25,609 nt of DNA, taken from contig JACCSE010000231.1 in assembly GCA_013813145.1 (NCBI GenBank), positions 1 to 25,609 on the forward strand, in the 5' to 3' direction. Within the stretch, counting starts at the first letter, position 1; the number at the start of each line of letters is the position of its first letter. The notes under the pieces were generated by a model. It worked only from the letters and a program-made list of their open reading frames with translations. It had not been told where the DNA came from and ran no database searches. Positions 16,586 through 25,609 of the stretch are shown here, one piece after another. A program made the translations under genes and the position numbers. The DNA comes from Gemmatimonadales bacterium. Its GTDB lineage: Bacteria; Gemmatimonadota; Gemmatimonadetes; Gemmatimonadales; GWC2-71-9.

Positions 16586-17283
16586 CGCGGCCGTTCTCCG
16601 GTGGAGCCGGTGGCGGAGGGGCCGGGCACGATCGGCGTCGCCGCGCCGGCCGGCTCGGGGGCCGCCGGGGTCTGCGCCTGGAGCTTGCGCACGTGATTGA
16701 CGATGGCCCATCGGTCGCTCGGCGCGTACACCTTGTCGCCGTAGCGGGGCATCACGCCTCGACCGTAACGGACGATACTGTAGATGTAGCCGTCGCTGTA
16801 CGCGCGGGCTCGGCCGGTGAGGAGCGAGGGCGCCGCGATCCGGCTCGATATCGGCCCACGAGCGTCGCCGGCGACGCCGTGGCAGACGGTGCAGAAGTTC
16901 TGGTACAGCGTGTCGCCCGCGGCGTCGAGATCCCGCGAAATGATCGGCACCTCGGGACCGGGGGGCCGGGTCTCGCCCGGCGTCCCCGGCGCGAACGGGT
17001 TCCTGAGGGCGTTGGCCGCCGTCGCCACGCCCTTGGTCCATTCGGCCGACCAGTCCGGCTCCCGGCCGGTCACCGGAACCGTCCCCGGCACCGTGTACCG
17101 CGGCACCGCGGCCGTCTCATAGGGCCTGACGTACCGGGCCGTGATCATGTGGTCGAACCAGGGAATGACGTACCAGAGATCGTCCGGCGAGGGCAGCCGG
17201 TAGTAGTAGAAATCGCAGCCGGCCGACAGCAGGGTCAGCACCGCGATCCAGGCTCCGCGCCACCCGCGCTCACGCCGCTTCAC
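16582..17283 (-). CDS. actE: ACIII subunit ActE, monohaem cytochrome c lipoprotein
   Basis: Lipobox LSAG-C, single CTVCH, GRGVMPRYG, DRWAIVNHVRKLQ. Confidence 0.85.
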   Translation of the reverse strand: MKRRERGWRGAWIAVLTLLSAGCDFYYYRLPSPDDLWYVIPWFDHMITARYVRPYETAAVPRYTVPGTVPVTGREPDWSAEWTKGVATAANALRNPFAPGTPGETRPPGPEVPIISRDLDAAGDTLYQNFCTVCHGVAGDARGPISSRIAAPSLLTGRARAYSDGYIYSIVRYGRGVMPRYGDKVYAPSDRWAIVNHVRKLQAQTPAAPEPAGAATPIVPGPSATGSTGERPR

Positions 17284-17796
17284 GTCGCACCTCCACCGCG
17301 CCTGCCGCGCGCAGCATCTGCTCCAGCGATCCGGTCTGCTCGCCCGCCGCGGGAACGAAGATCCCGATCTGGTCGTCGCTGAACTGCGGATCGTAGGCGA
17401 TCCCGCGTTTTCCCATCAGTACCGCGAACAGCGCTACCGCTGCCACGGTGCTGAGCGCGCCCAGCAGGATGGTGAGCTCGAAGGCGATGACTACGTACGG
17501 CGGGATCGAGCCGATCGGCTTGCCGCCGACGATCAAGGGCCAGTCGTGGGACATCCAGATGGTCATTCCGAAGCCGGCGGCGCACCCGGTCAGCCCACCG
17601 ATCAAAGTGAACAGCCGCACCGGACTCACCCGATGGCTCAGCGCCTCCTCCAGCTCGTGATTGGGGGCGGCGCTGTAGACCACCATGTTGCGGTGGCCCT
17701 TTGCCCGGAGCGCCCGAATGGCGTCGGAGGCGGCGTCCACGTGGGCGAACGACGCCAGCAGCCCGGGAACCGATCTCCCCCGATTCATCAGCCCCA

Positions 17797-17797
<1 letters not shown>
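17270..17797 (-). CDS. actD: ACIII subunit ActD (DUF3341-like)
   Basis: LLASFAHV, FTLIGGLTG, DWPLIVGGKP, VIAFELTILLGA, YDPQFSDD. ATG 17797 overlaps the actC stop (TGATG). Confidence 0.88.
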
Positions 17798-19167
<1,370 letters not shown>

Positions 19168-19170
19168 GGG

Positions 19171-22100
19171 TCAGGCCTCCACCGGATGCAGGACCTTGGC
19201 GAGATAGGCGATCGCGGGCCGCACGTTGAGGTCTTCCAGGATGCGGTAGCCGCGCGGGTTCTGCTGGAGCCCGGCGACCCGGCTGCCGGGATCCCGCACG
19301 TTGCCGAACACGATGCAGTCGGACGGGCAGGCCTGAGCGCAGGCCGTCGTGAACTCGCCGTCCCGGATCGGCCGGTCCTCGAGCCGGGCGTGATTCTGGG
19401 CGCCGCGGATGCGCTGGACGCAGAAGGTACATTTCTCCATGACGCCGCGCGCCCGAACGGTCACGTCGGGGTTGAGCTGGAGATGCAGCGGCTCCGGCCA
19501 CGCCTTCTCGTTGTACTTGTACCAGTTGAAGTACCGCACCTTGTAGGGGCAGTTGTTGGCGCAGTAGCGGGTGCCGACGCAACGGTTGTACACCTGGCCA
19601 TTGAGCCCGTCCGCCGTGTGGTAGGCGGCGTAGACCGGGCAGACCGGCTCGCAGGGTGCGTTGCCGCAGTGCTGGCAGAGCATGGGCACGAAGCGCGCGG
19701 ACACCGGATCGCCCGGCTCCTCCCCTCCCTCCCAGTAGCGCTCGATCCGGAGCCAGGTCATCTCCCGGCCGCGGAGGACCTCCGCTTCGCCCACCGTGGG
19801 GATGTTGTTCTCCGCGTAGCAGGCGGTGACGCAGGCGTTGCAGCCGGTGCATTTGGCAAGATCGATGGCCATGCCCCACTGAGGATCCTCACCCCGGTAG
19901 TCCCCGTACTCCGTGGCTTCCCGCTGCTCCTCCGCCCACCCGTGCACCGCTTCCAGCTCCCGCTCGGTGTTGACCTCGTGCTTGCCGCGACCTGCCTCCA
20001 TGTACGCCTGTTCGACGGTGAGCCCCTGCTGCGCGGCCGCCAGCGGAATCGCCTCGGCGATGCCGCGGCCGAGCTGACGCGGAACGCCCTCGACACTGGC
20101 CAGCTTTCTGTAACCACCGGTCTTCCGGACCCGCACCCTGGTGGAGAGATAGTGGACGAACTCGCCGGTGGGAGCCGCGAGGAGGTCGAGCGGATTGACC
20201 CCCCGGCCCCGCGCGAACTCTCCGTACTGGGTGTGGCCCAAGCCCAGCGGCATCGCGACCACGTCGTCCCTGAGACCCGGGTAGACGTAGACCGGCGCCT
20301 CGACCGTTCCGTGAGGAGAGGTGAGCTCCAGGATCTCGCCGTTGCGCACGTCGAGCGCGCGCGCGGCGCCGGGGCCGACCTCGACCCAGGAATGCCAGGT
20401 GATCTTGGTGACAGGATCGGCATTCTCCAGCAGCCACGGCTTGTTGGCGCCGCGGCCGTCGTAGAGCATGCTGTGGGGATAGGCGATGAACACGAAGTCG
20501 CCCTCGCCCTCGAACGCGGGCGGGGTATAGCGGGCCTCCTGCCCGCCGCTCACCGACAGCGCTATGGCGGGTGATGCCGGCGGGTCGCGGAAGGCGCCGC
20601 CGAGCCGGAGTGCCTCGTGCCAGAAGGTGTCGAAGTCTCCGGCGCCCAGCTCCGTGGCGAGGGCCTGCCAGCGGCTTCTGAGGTGCGCCTCGTAGGTGGG
20701 CGCATCGAAGCGGGCGAGCGCGCCGCCCGCCGCCCGGGCCGTGCGGAGCAGAACGTCGCCCGCGGGCAGGGTGTTGAAGACCGGCTCCATCACCGGCTGC
20801 ATGAGGCTATAGACCCCGGCCCGGGGCCGGAGATCGTCCCACCGCTCGAGCGCGTGGTGCTCCGGGAGCAACAGATCGCAAAGTGCCGCGGTCTCGTCCA
20901 GATGGAGCGAGGTGGAAACCTTGAGGCCTACCTTGCCAAAGGCGGCCGCGAATCCACTCGCGTTCGGGAGGGTGTAGGCGGGATTGGCCTCGTGCACCAG
21001 CGCCACGGCGATCTCGCCGGCGCCCATGGCGCGGGTGAGCTCGGCGAGCGGGGCGAGTCCGCCAGCCGCAGGCAGATCGGCACCGAAGCGCACCGTCTCG
21101 CCGAGGTTGCCGGCGGCGAAATTGAGCACGTTCACCGCCGCGCAGAGCTCGACTGCGCCGGAGTGCTGTCCCGCTACCCCACCGGCCACCGCGAGGCTCG
21201 GGCGGGCCGCGGCGAACTCGCGCGCGATCCGTTCGATCGTCCCGGCCGGCACTCCGGTCTCCCGCTCCGCCATCGCCGGGGTGTAGGAAGCGAGCGCTCC
21301 GGCCAGCCCAGCCGGCTCTCCGCCCCGTTCGGCCAGCAGCACGTTGGCCATTGCCAGCGCGAGCGCCGTCTCGGAGCCGGGCCGGGTGGGCAGCCACTGG
21401 TCGGCGTTGAGGCCGGTCAGGTTCATGCGCGGCGCGGCGAAAACGAGCTTGGCGACGTCCTTGTCCTCGAACCCATGCGAGCGGGCGAAGCCGCGCGAGT
21501 TCTCGATGGACGCGCCCCCGGTGTCGAGGAAGTCGGCGCCGAAGGAGACGATGTAGCGGGCCCGCCCGAAATCGTACGTCGCCAACTGGTCGGTGCCGAA
21601 GACCTCGCGATTGGCCGCGCGCTGCGGCTCGTCGTCGAAGGTCTCGTAGCGCACCAGGCGCCCGCCGAGGGCGGAGGTCCAATCGGCCAGCAGGTCGGAG
21701 AAAGTCCCGCGCCCGGCGCCTGAGATTGCGGCGACCCGGCCCCCTGCTTTGCCGAGCCCGGCCGCCAGCCGCGCGATGGCGTCGTCCCAACCGATCTCCT
21801 GGAAGGTGCCGTCCGCCGAGCGAGCCATCGGCGCCTTGATCCGTCCCGGATTGTAAAGCCCCTGGAGCGCCGCCTGCCCGCGGGAGCAGAGCTTGCCCTG
21901 ATTGATCGGGTGCTCGGGATTGCCCTCAAGCTTCACCGCGCGACCCTCACGGGTACGCGCGTGCACGCCGCACCCGCTGGGGCACTCGGTGCAGGTGCTG
22001 GCGTACCAGGTCGCCAGTCCGGGCACCTGGTCCTCCGACTGGACCAGGTACGGCACCAGCTTCTGCACGTTGTCGGTGGAGCAGCCGCTCAGGGCGAGCG

Positions 22101-22176
22101 CTCCGCCGGCGGTAGTGCCGAGCACGGTGAGGAAGTGGCGGCGGTCGATGGTGGTGGACGGAGTTTCGTCGTCCAT
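19171..22176 (-). CDS. actB: ACIII subunit ActB (molybdopterin-oxidoreductase-like domain fused to a ferredoxin domain)
   Basis: Tat RRHFL plus LSG-C; C-terminal CTGCNACVTAC, CQHCGNAPCEPVCP, CVGTRYCANNCP, EKCTFC...CAQACP; position between actA and actC. Confidence 0.92.
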   Translation of the reverse strand: MDDETPSTTIDRRHFLTVLGTTAGGALALSGCSTDNVQKLVPYLVQSEDQVPGLATWYASTCTECPSGCGVHARTREGRAVKLEGNPEHPINQGKLCSRGQAALQGLYNPGRIKAPMARSADGTFQEIGWDDAIARLAAGLGKAGGRVAAISGAGRGTFSDLLADWTSALGGRLVRYETFDDEPQRAANREVFGTDQLATYDFGRARYIVSFGADFLDTGGASIENSRGFARSHGFEDKDVAKLVFAAPRMNLTGLNADQWLPTRPGSETALALAMANVLLAERGGEPAGLAGALASYTPAMAERETGVPAGTIERIAREFAAARPSLAVAGGVAGQHSGAVELCAAVNVLNFAAGNLGETVRFGADLPAAGGLAPLAELTRAMGAGEIAVALVHEANPAYTLPNASGFAAAFGKVGLKVSTSLHLDETAALCDLLLPEHHALERWDDLRPRAGVYSLMQPVMEPVFNTLPAGDVLLRTARAAGGALARFDAPTYEAHLRSRWQALATELGAGDFDTFWHEALRLGGAFRDPPASPAIALSVSGGQEARYTPPAFEGEGDFVFIAYPHSMLYDGRGANKPWLLENADPVTKITWHSWVEVGPGAARALDVRNGEILELTSPHGTVEAPVYVYPGLRDDVVAMPLGLGHTQYGEFARGRGVNPLDLLAAPTGEFVHYLSTRVRVRKTGGYRKLASVEGVPRQLGRGIAEAIPLAAAQQGLTVEQAYMEAGRGKHEVNTERELEAVHGWAEEQREATEYGDYRGEDPQWGMAIDLAKCTGCNACVTACYAENNIPTVGEAEVLRGREMTWLRIERYWEGGEEPGDPVSARFVPMLCQHCGNAPCEPVCPVYAAYHTADGLNGQVYNRCVGTRYCANNCPYKVRYFNWYKYNEKAWPEPLHLQLNPDVTVRARGVMEKCTFCVQRIRGAQNHARLEDRPIRDGEFTTACAQACPSDCIVFGNVRDPGSRVAGLQQNPRGYRILEDLNVRPAIAYLAKVLHPVEA

Positions 22177-22192
22177 TAAGGCTCCAGATGTA

Positions 22193-22269
22193 GGCTATCA
22201 GCTATCGGCTATCGGTCCGCGGGAGCGGAGGACCGGTGCTGCAGGACCGATAGCCGATAGCGGATAGCC
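22193..22269. repeat. Inverted GCTATCR heptamer array (26-bp stem, 1 mismatch) between actA and actB
   Basis: GGCTATCAGCTATCGGCTATCGGTCC (22193-22218) pairs with GGACCGATAGCCGATAGCGGATAGCC (22244-22269); 25-nt loop. Confidence 0.9.
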
Positions 22270-22270
22270 T

Positions 22271-22858
22271 TCAGTAATGACACACCGAACAGTCCCGCGA
22301 CACGTTCCGCTCCAGATGGCACGTGATGCAGAAGCCCATCTTGTCCACCTGATTCACCTTGAACACCTGGGGCATGCGGGCGACGTCGCCGTGGCAGGTG
22401 GCGCAGGCGTTGGGGCCCATCGCCTTGATGTGGCGCTGGTGGGGGAAATGGGCGTGGCGCGGGATGAAGTGGACGCGGACCCACTCGGTCGGCTTCTTCT
22501 CGGACCAGGCCTGCCGCACCTTGGCGATCTCGGTCCGGCTCGCGCTATCGCTCCCGGAGATCACGAGATGGCAGCCCATGCAGGTCTGAGTCGAGGGGAT
22601 CCCCGGTTCCGGCGACACGGCCACGGAGTAGTGGCAGTACTGGCACTGGATCTTGAATTGTCCGGCGTGGATGTCGTGGCGGAAGAAGATCGGCTGCCGG
22701 GGACCTCGGAGCGCGGCGGTGTCGCTGATGACGGGAGCCGCGATGGAGTCAGCGACGGCGGCCGCCTGCTGGGCCTGCGGGGCCGGATCGGCGAGCGCCA
22801 GCAGCGCCGCTACTCCCCCGGCCCCGACGCCGCCGAGCACGATTGCCAACGTACGCAT
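22271..22858 (-). CDS. actA: ACIII subunit ActA, pentahaem cytochrome c
   Basis: N-terminal hydrophobic anchor; five CxxCH motifs (CQYCH, CMGCH, CATCH, CITCH, CSVCH). Start set at ATG 22858; the ORF track start at 22948 overlaps the putative promoter. Confidence 0.88.
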   Translation of the reverse strand: MRTLAIVLGGVGAGGVAALLALADPAPQAQQAAAVADSIAAPVISDTAALRGPRQPIFFRHDIHAGQFKIQCQYCHYSVAVSPEPGIPSTQTCMGCHLVISGSDSASRTEIAKVRQAWSEKKPTEWVRVHFIPRHAHFPHQRHIKAMGPNACATCHGDVARMPQVFKVNQVDKMGFCITCHLERNVSRDCSVCHY

Positions 22859-22920
22859 CTGAGATCCCACGCTGAAGAGGAGCGCGAGGCGAGTGCCGCC
22901 GCCGGTCCAACGCGCGCCGA

Positions 22921-22948
22921 AGTATAGTGCGCACAGCCAAGTACACAA
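22921..22948 (-). promoter_or_regulatory. Candidate sigma70 promoter of the act operon
   Basis: Minus strand TTGTGT-16 nt-TATACT about 60 nt upstream of the actA ATG. Confidence 0.45.
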
Positions 22949-22987
22949 CCCGACCGCGTGGAGCGTCGAAGCGAATTTCCGACCGGA

Positions 22988-23509
22988 TTATTCCCCTTCC
23001 GATTCCCCTTCAGCGCCGCGGCCGCGGCGAGGCCGGGGCGCGCGGTGGGTGGCAGGCCGCTCGTTCAGCCACTCCGCCTTCCGCGCCGCCAACCGAAGAA
23101 AGCCGTCCACCGCGCGCCGGTCGCCGAGCTCGAGCCAACACCACTTCACCGGTCCGGTGCGTTGCGCCTCGTCCACCGCCCGCGCCAGGTCGGAGGCGAG
23201 GCGGGGCAGCCGCCGCAGCCGCTCCTCCTCGGCGCCGCTGAGGGTGAACGTGGCCGAGATGGCGTTCCCGATGACGTGGAGCCAGCAGAGCTTCCGGCTG
23301 CCGATGCCGTATTCCCAGGCCCAGCGCCAGGTCGCGCCCATGAAGCGCACCGACTCGGCGACGCCCGAGTTCTCGCGGAGGCCGTCGCGCAGCGCGCGGA
23401 ACCTGGCGGCAGCGGCAGGCGGCAGATCCTCCAGAGGAGCGCTCGCCGCGGGCTCGACCGACTCGTCGGGGTACCGGTTGGCGGCCCAATAGGCGGCGGA
23501 TCGCCCCAC
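22988..23509 (-). CDS. DUF3788-like protein of unknown function
   Basis: WRWAWEY...RKLCWLH...ATFTL...KWCWLEL...DGFLRLAARK pattern recalled from DUF3788; starts 2 nt after the trmJ stop. Confidence 0.6.
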   Translation of the reverse strand: MGRSAAYWAANRYPDESVEPAASAPLEDLPPAAAARFRALRDGLRENSGVAESVRFMGATWRWAWEYGIGSRKLCWLHVIGNAISATFTLSGAEEERLRRLPRLASDLARAVDEAQRTGPVKWCWLELGDRRAVDGFLRLAARKAEWLNERPATHRAPRPRRGRGAEGESEGE

Positions 23510-23511
23510 CC

Positions 23512-24276
23512 TCAGTCCCGCTCCCCGGCGGGCGGCTGAGCCGCGACCGGCGCGCCTACCCGCCCCAGGTAACGCACCACCTCGATCCCCATCGCCCGCA
23601 CCAGCGCAGCCTCACGGCCGTCGAGCTCGGCGCGGTGGACGATTTCGCGGAAGGAACGCATGACGCTCTCGGAGCGACGGGTCTTGAAGAAATCGATGGC
23701 CCAGAGTGCGCGGTGCCAGTCGCCGAACAGCGCTTCCAACTGCGCGGCGGTCGCGGGCTCGGCAAGATGCCGGTGGGGCTTGATCGGCAGCGCCTCGCCG
23801 CCGCGGGCGAGCCAGCTCTCGTACGCCATCACGGCGATCGCCTGGGCGAGGTTGAGCGAGGAGTTACGCGGGTCGGTCGGGATGGTGACCAGCAGATGCC
23901 CCAGATCGAGCTCGGCGTTGGTGAGGCCGCGATCCTCGCGCCCGGCCACGATGGCGACGGCACCCCGGCTGGCCTGGGCCACCAGCTCGGCCGCGGCCGC
24001 GCGCGGCCGGAGCGTCCGCCGCTTGGCGGTGCGCCCCCGCGCGGTGAGCACGGCGACCGAGACGCAATCGGCGACCGCCTCCTCCAGCGAAGGCAGGATC
24101 TCGATCCGCGCGACGAACTCGGCCGAGTTGTGCGCGATCCCCTCGATCCGGTAGGGATCGAACGCCTCCGGATTCACCAGCCGCATGCGCTCGATCCCGA
24201 AATTCCGCGCGATGCGGACGGCGGAGGCGATGTTGACGATGTCCTGGGGGGAGACCAGAACGAGAATGGGGGACAT
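23512..24276 (-). CDS. trmJ: SPOUT RNA methyltransferase, TrmJ/LasT family
   Basis: LVSPQDIVNIASAVR, AIVAGREDRGLTNAEL, SSLNLAQAIAVMAYE. Confidence 0.85.
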   Translation of the reverse strand: MSPILVLVSPQDIVNIASAVRIARNFGIERMRLVNPEAFDPYRIEGIAHNSAEFVARIEILPSLEEAVADCVSVAVLTARGRTAKRRTLRPRAAAAELVAQASRGAVAIVAGREDRGLTNAELDLGHLLVTIPTDPRNSSLNLAQAIAVMAYESWLARGGEALPIKPHRHLAEPATAAQLEALFGDWHRALWAIDFFKTRRSESVMRSFREIVHRAELDGREAALVRAMGIEVVRYLGRVGAPVAAQPPAGERD

Positions 24277-24278
24277 GA

Positions 24279-24419
24279 GGCTATTGGCTATGGGCGATCG
24301 AGATCGGGTATCAGCTATCGGCTATCGGTCCGCGGAGAGCGGAGGCTGGGTACTCCAGGGCGGATAGCCGATAGCTGACAGCCGATAGCTGATAGCCGAT
24401 CGCTGATACCCGATCGCCC
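24279..24419. repeat. Inverted GCTATCR heptamer array between pilT and trmJ
   Basis: About seven degenerate heptamers (GGCTATT GGCTATG GGCGATC...GGTATCA GCTATCG GCTATCG), a loop, then eight reverse units (GGATAGC CGATAGC TGACAGC CGATAGC TGATAGC CGATCGC TGATACC CGATCGC). Confidence 0.88.
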
Positions 24420-24423
24420 TCCA

Positions 24424-25608
24424 TCATCCCTCCCCCAGAAACGACGCATCATGCCGCTTGGCCTTCAACGCCGCCGCGAAGCCGGTCTTTTCGACGGCCT
24501 TCATGTACGCTTCCTTGGGCTCGACCTGCCTGGCGTCCACCAGCTCCATGAGGGCGTCGTTCAAGGTGACCATGCCGACCCGGCGGTTGGTCTGCATGAT
24601 GGAGGGGATTTGGAAGGTCTTCCCCTCGCGGATGAGGTTGCTCACCGCGGGAATCGACAGCAGCACCTCCCGCGCCGCGACCCGGCCGCCGCCGATCTTC
24701 TTGCAGAGCGTCTGGGCGATCACCCCGCGCAGCGACTCGGAAAGCATCACCCGAACCTGCGACTGCCGGTCCGCGGGGAACTGATCGATGATGCGATCGA
24801 TGGTCGACGCCGCCGTGGTCGTGTGCAGGGTGCCGAAGACCAAGTGCCCTGTCTCCGCCGTTTCGATGGCGATGGACACCGTCTCCAGGTCGCGCATCTC
24901 GCCCACCAGCACGATGTCGGGATCTTCGCGCAGCGCGGCCCTGAGCGCCTGCTTGAACGACCGGGTATGCAGGCCGACCTGTCGCTGGGTCACCAGACAC
25001 TTCCGGCTCTGGTGTACGAACTCGATCGGATCTTCGATGGTGATGATGTGGTCGGTACGGGTGCGATTGATCAGGTCCACCAGCGCGGCGAGGGTGGTGC
25101 TCTTGCCCGACCCGGTCGGGCCGGTGACGACGACGAGGCCCTTGGTGAGATAGCAGAGGTTCTGCACCTCGCGGCTCAGCCCCATGTCGTCCGCGGTGAG
25201 CACCGTGGTGGGAATCACCCGGAACACCGCCATGGGCCCGCGGCGGTCCCGCCCGGCGTTGCAGCGGAAGCGGGCGAGCCCCTCGATTTCGTAAGCCCAG
25301 TCGGTGTCTGCCGTCTCCTTGAACTCGCCCACCTCACGCGGCGTCATGATGCTGAGCAGCATCATCTCCAGACGTTCCGGCGGCACTGCCGGCAGCTCCT
25401 CGCGAACCAGTTCTCCATCCCGCCGGAGGAGGGGCGGCTCGCCCGAGCGCAGGTGGAGGTCGGAGGCTCCCGAGCTCACCAGCCTGCGGAACAGCTCCTC
25501 CATCGCTTCCCGCGCCTCCGACAGATCGGGGCCCGCCACGGCGGCCGCAGGCACGGCGGGCGCAGGAACGGCGTCCCCGGCCGGCCGCACCACGGCGAGC
25601 GCGGCCGC
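24424..25608 (-). CDS. pilT: Type IV pilus retraction ATPase PilT family, 5' end beyond the right edge
   Basis: ASDLHL, GPTGSGKSTT, ITIEDPIE, ALREDPDIVLVGEMRD, AETGHLVFGTLHT, AVSNLIRE. The frame stays open to the window edge. Confidence 0.9.
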   Translation of the reverse strand, partial: AAALAVVRPAGDAVPAPAVPAAAVAGPDLSEAREAMEELFRRLVSSGASDLHLRSGEPPLLRRDGELVREELPAVPPERLEMMLLSIMTPREVGEFKETADTDWAYEIEGLARFRCNAGRDRRGPMAVFRVIPTTVLTADDMGLSREVQNLCYLTKGLVVVTGPTGSGKSTTLAALVDLINRTRTDHIITIEDPIEFVHQSRKCLVTQRQVGLHTRSFKQALRAALREDPDIVLVGEMRDLETVSIAIETAETGHLVFGTLHTTTAASTIDRIIDQFPADRQSQVRVMLSESLRGVIAQTLCKKIGGGRVAAREVLLSIPAVSNLIREGKTFQIPSIMQTNRRVGMVTLNDALMELVDARQVEPKEAYMKAVEKTGFAAALKAKRHDASFLGEG

Positions 25609-25609
25609 G

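Noticed and set aside
19171-22176. ActB as a true molybdoenzyme (polysulfide, formate or nitrate reductase)
   Set aside because: The actA-B-C-D-E-F order and the fused ferredoxin domain are diagnostic of ACIII; I could not verify Mo ligands by eye.
22193-24419. Repeat arrays as CRISPR or IS ends
   Set aside because: Units are 7 nt and contiguous with no unique spacers; no cas or transposase gene is in the window and I saw no clear target-site duplication.

Overview
High-GC bacterial chromosomal window; gene content and style suggest Gemmatimonadota (inference only). Left to right: (1) end of a haem operon on the minus strand (hemB-hemL-hemY, hemY truncated); (2) an amidohydrolase lipoprotein; (3) a four-gene minus-strand operon encoding apparently exported proteins, soxY-soxZ-MBL-fold hydrolase (SoxH-like)-tandem rhodanese lipoprotein, with no soxAX/B/CD in the window; (4) a divergent four-gene operon that reads as a ceramide/sphingolipid pathway (SPT, bCerS-like GNAT, CerR-like reductase, Aur1/IPC-synthase-like PAP2 protein); (5) a lipoprotein blue-copper protein with a perfect Rex-type operator, opposite a Cys-rich YkgJ-like protein and an ECF sigma/zinc anti-sigma pair; (6) a six-gene alternative complex III operon (actABCDEF); (7) DUF3788-like gene, trmJ and a truncated pilT. 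Three intergenic spacers carry inverted arrays of 7-nt repeats, two of which share an identical 27-nt core. No rRNA, tRNA, CRISPR array or transposase was seen. All assignments come from motif recognition by eye; no searches were run.
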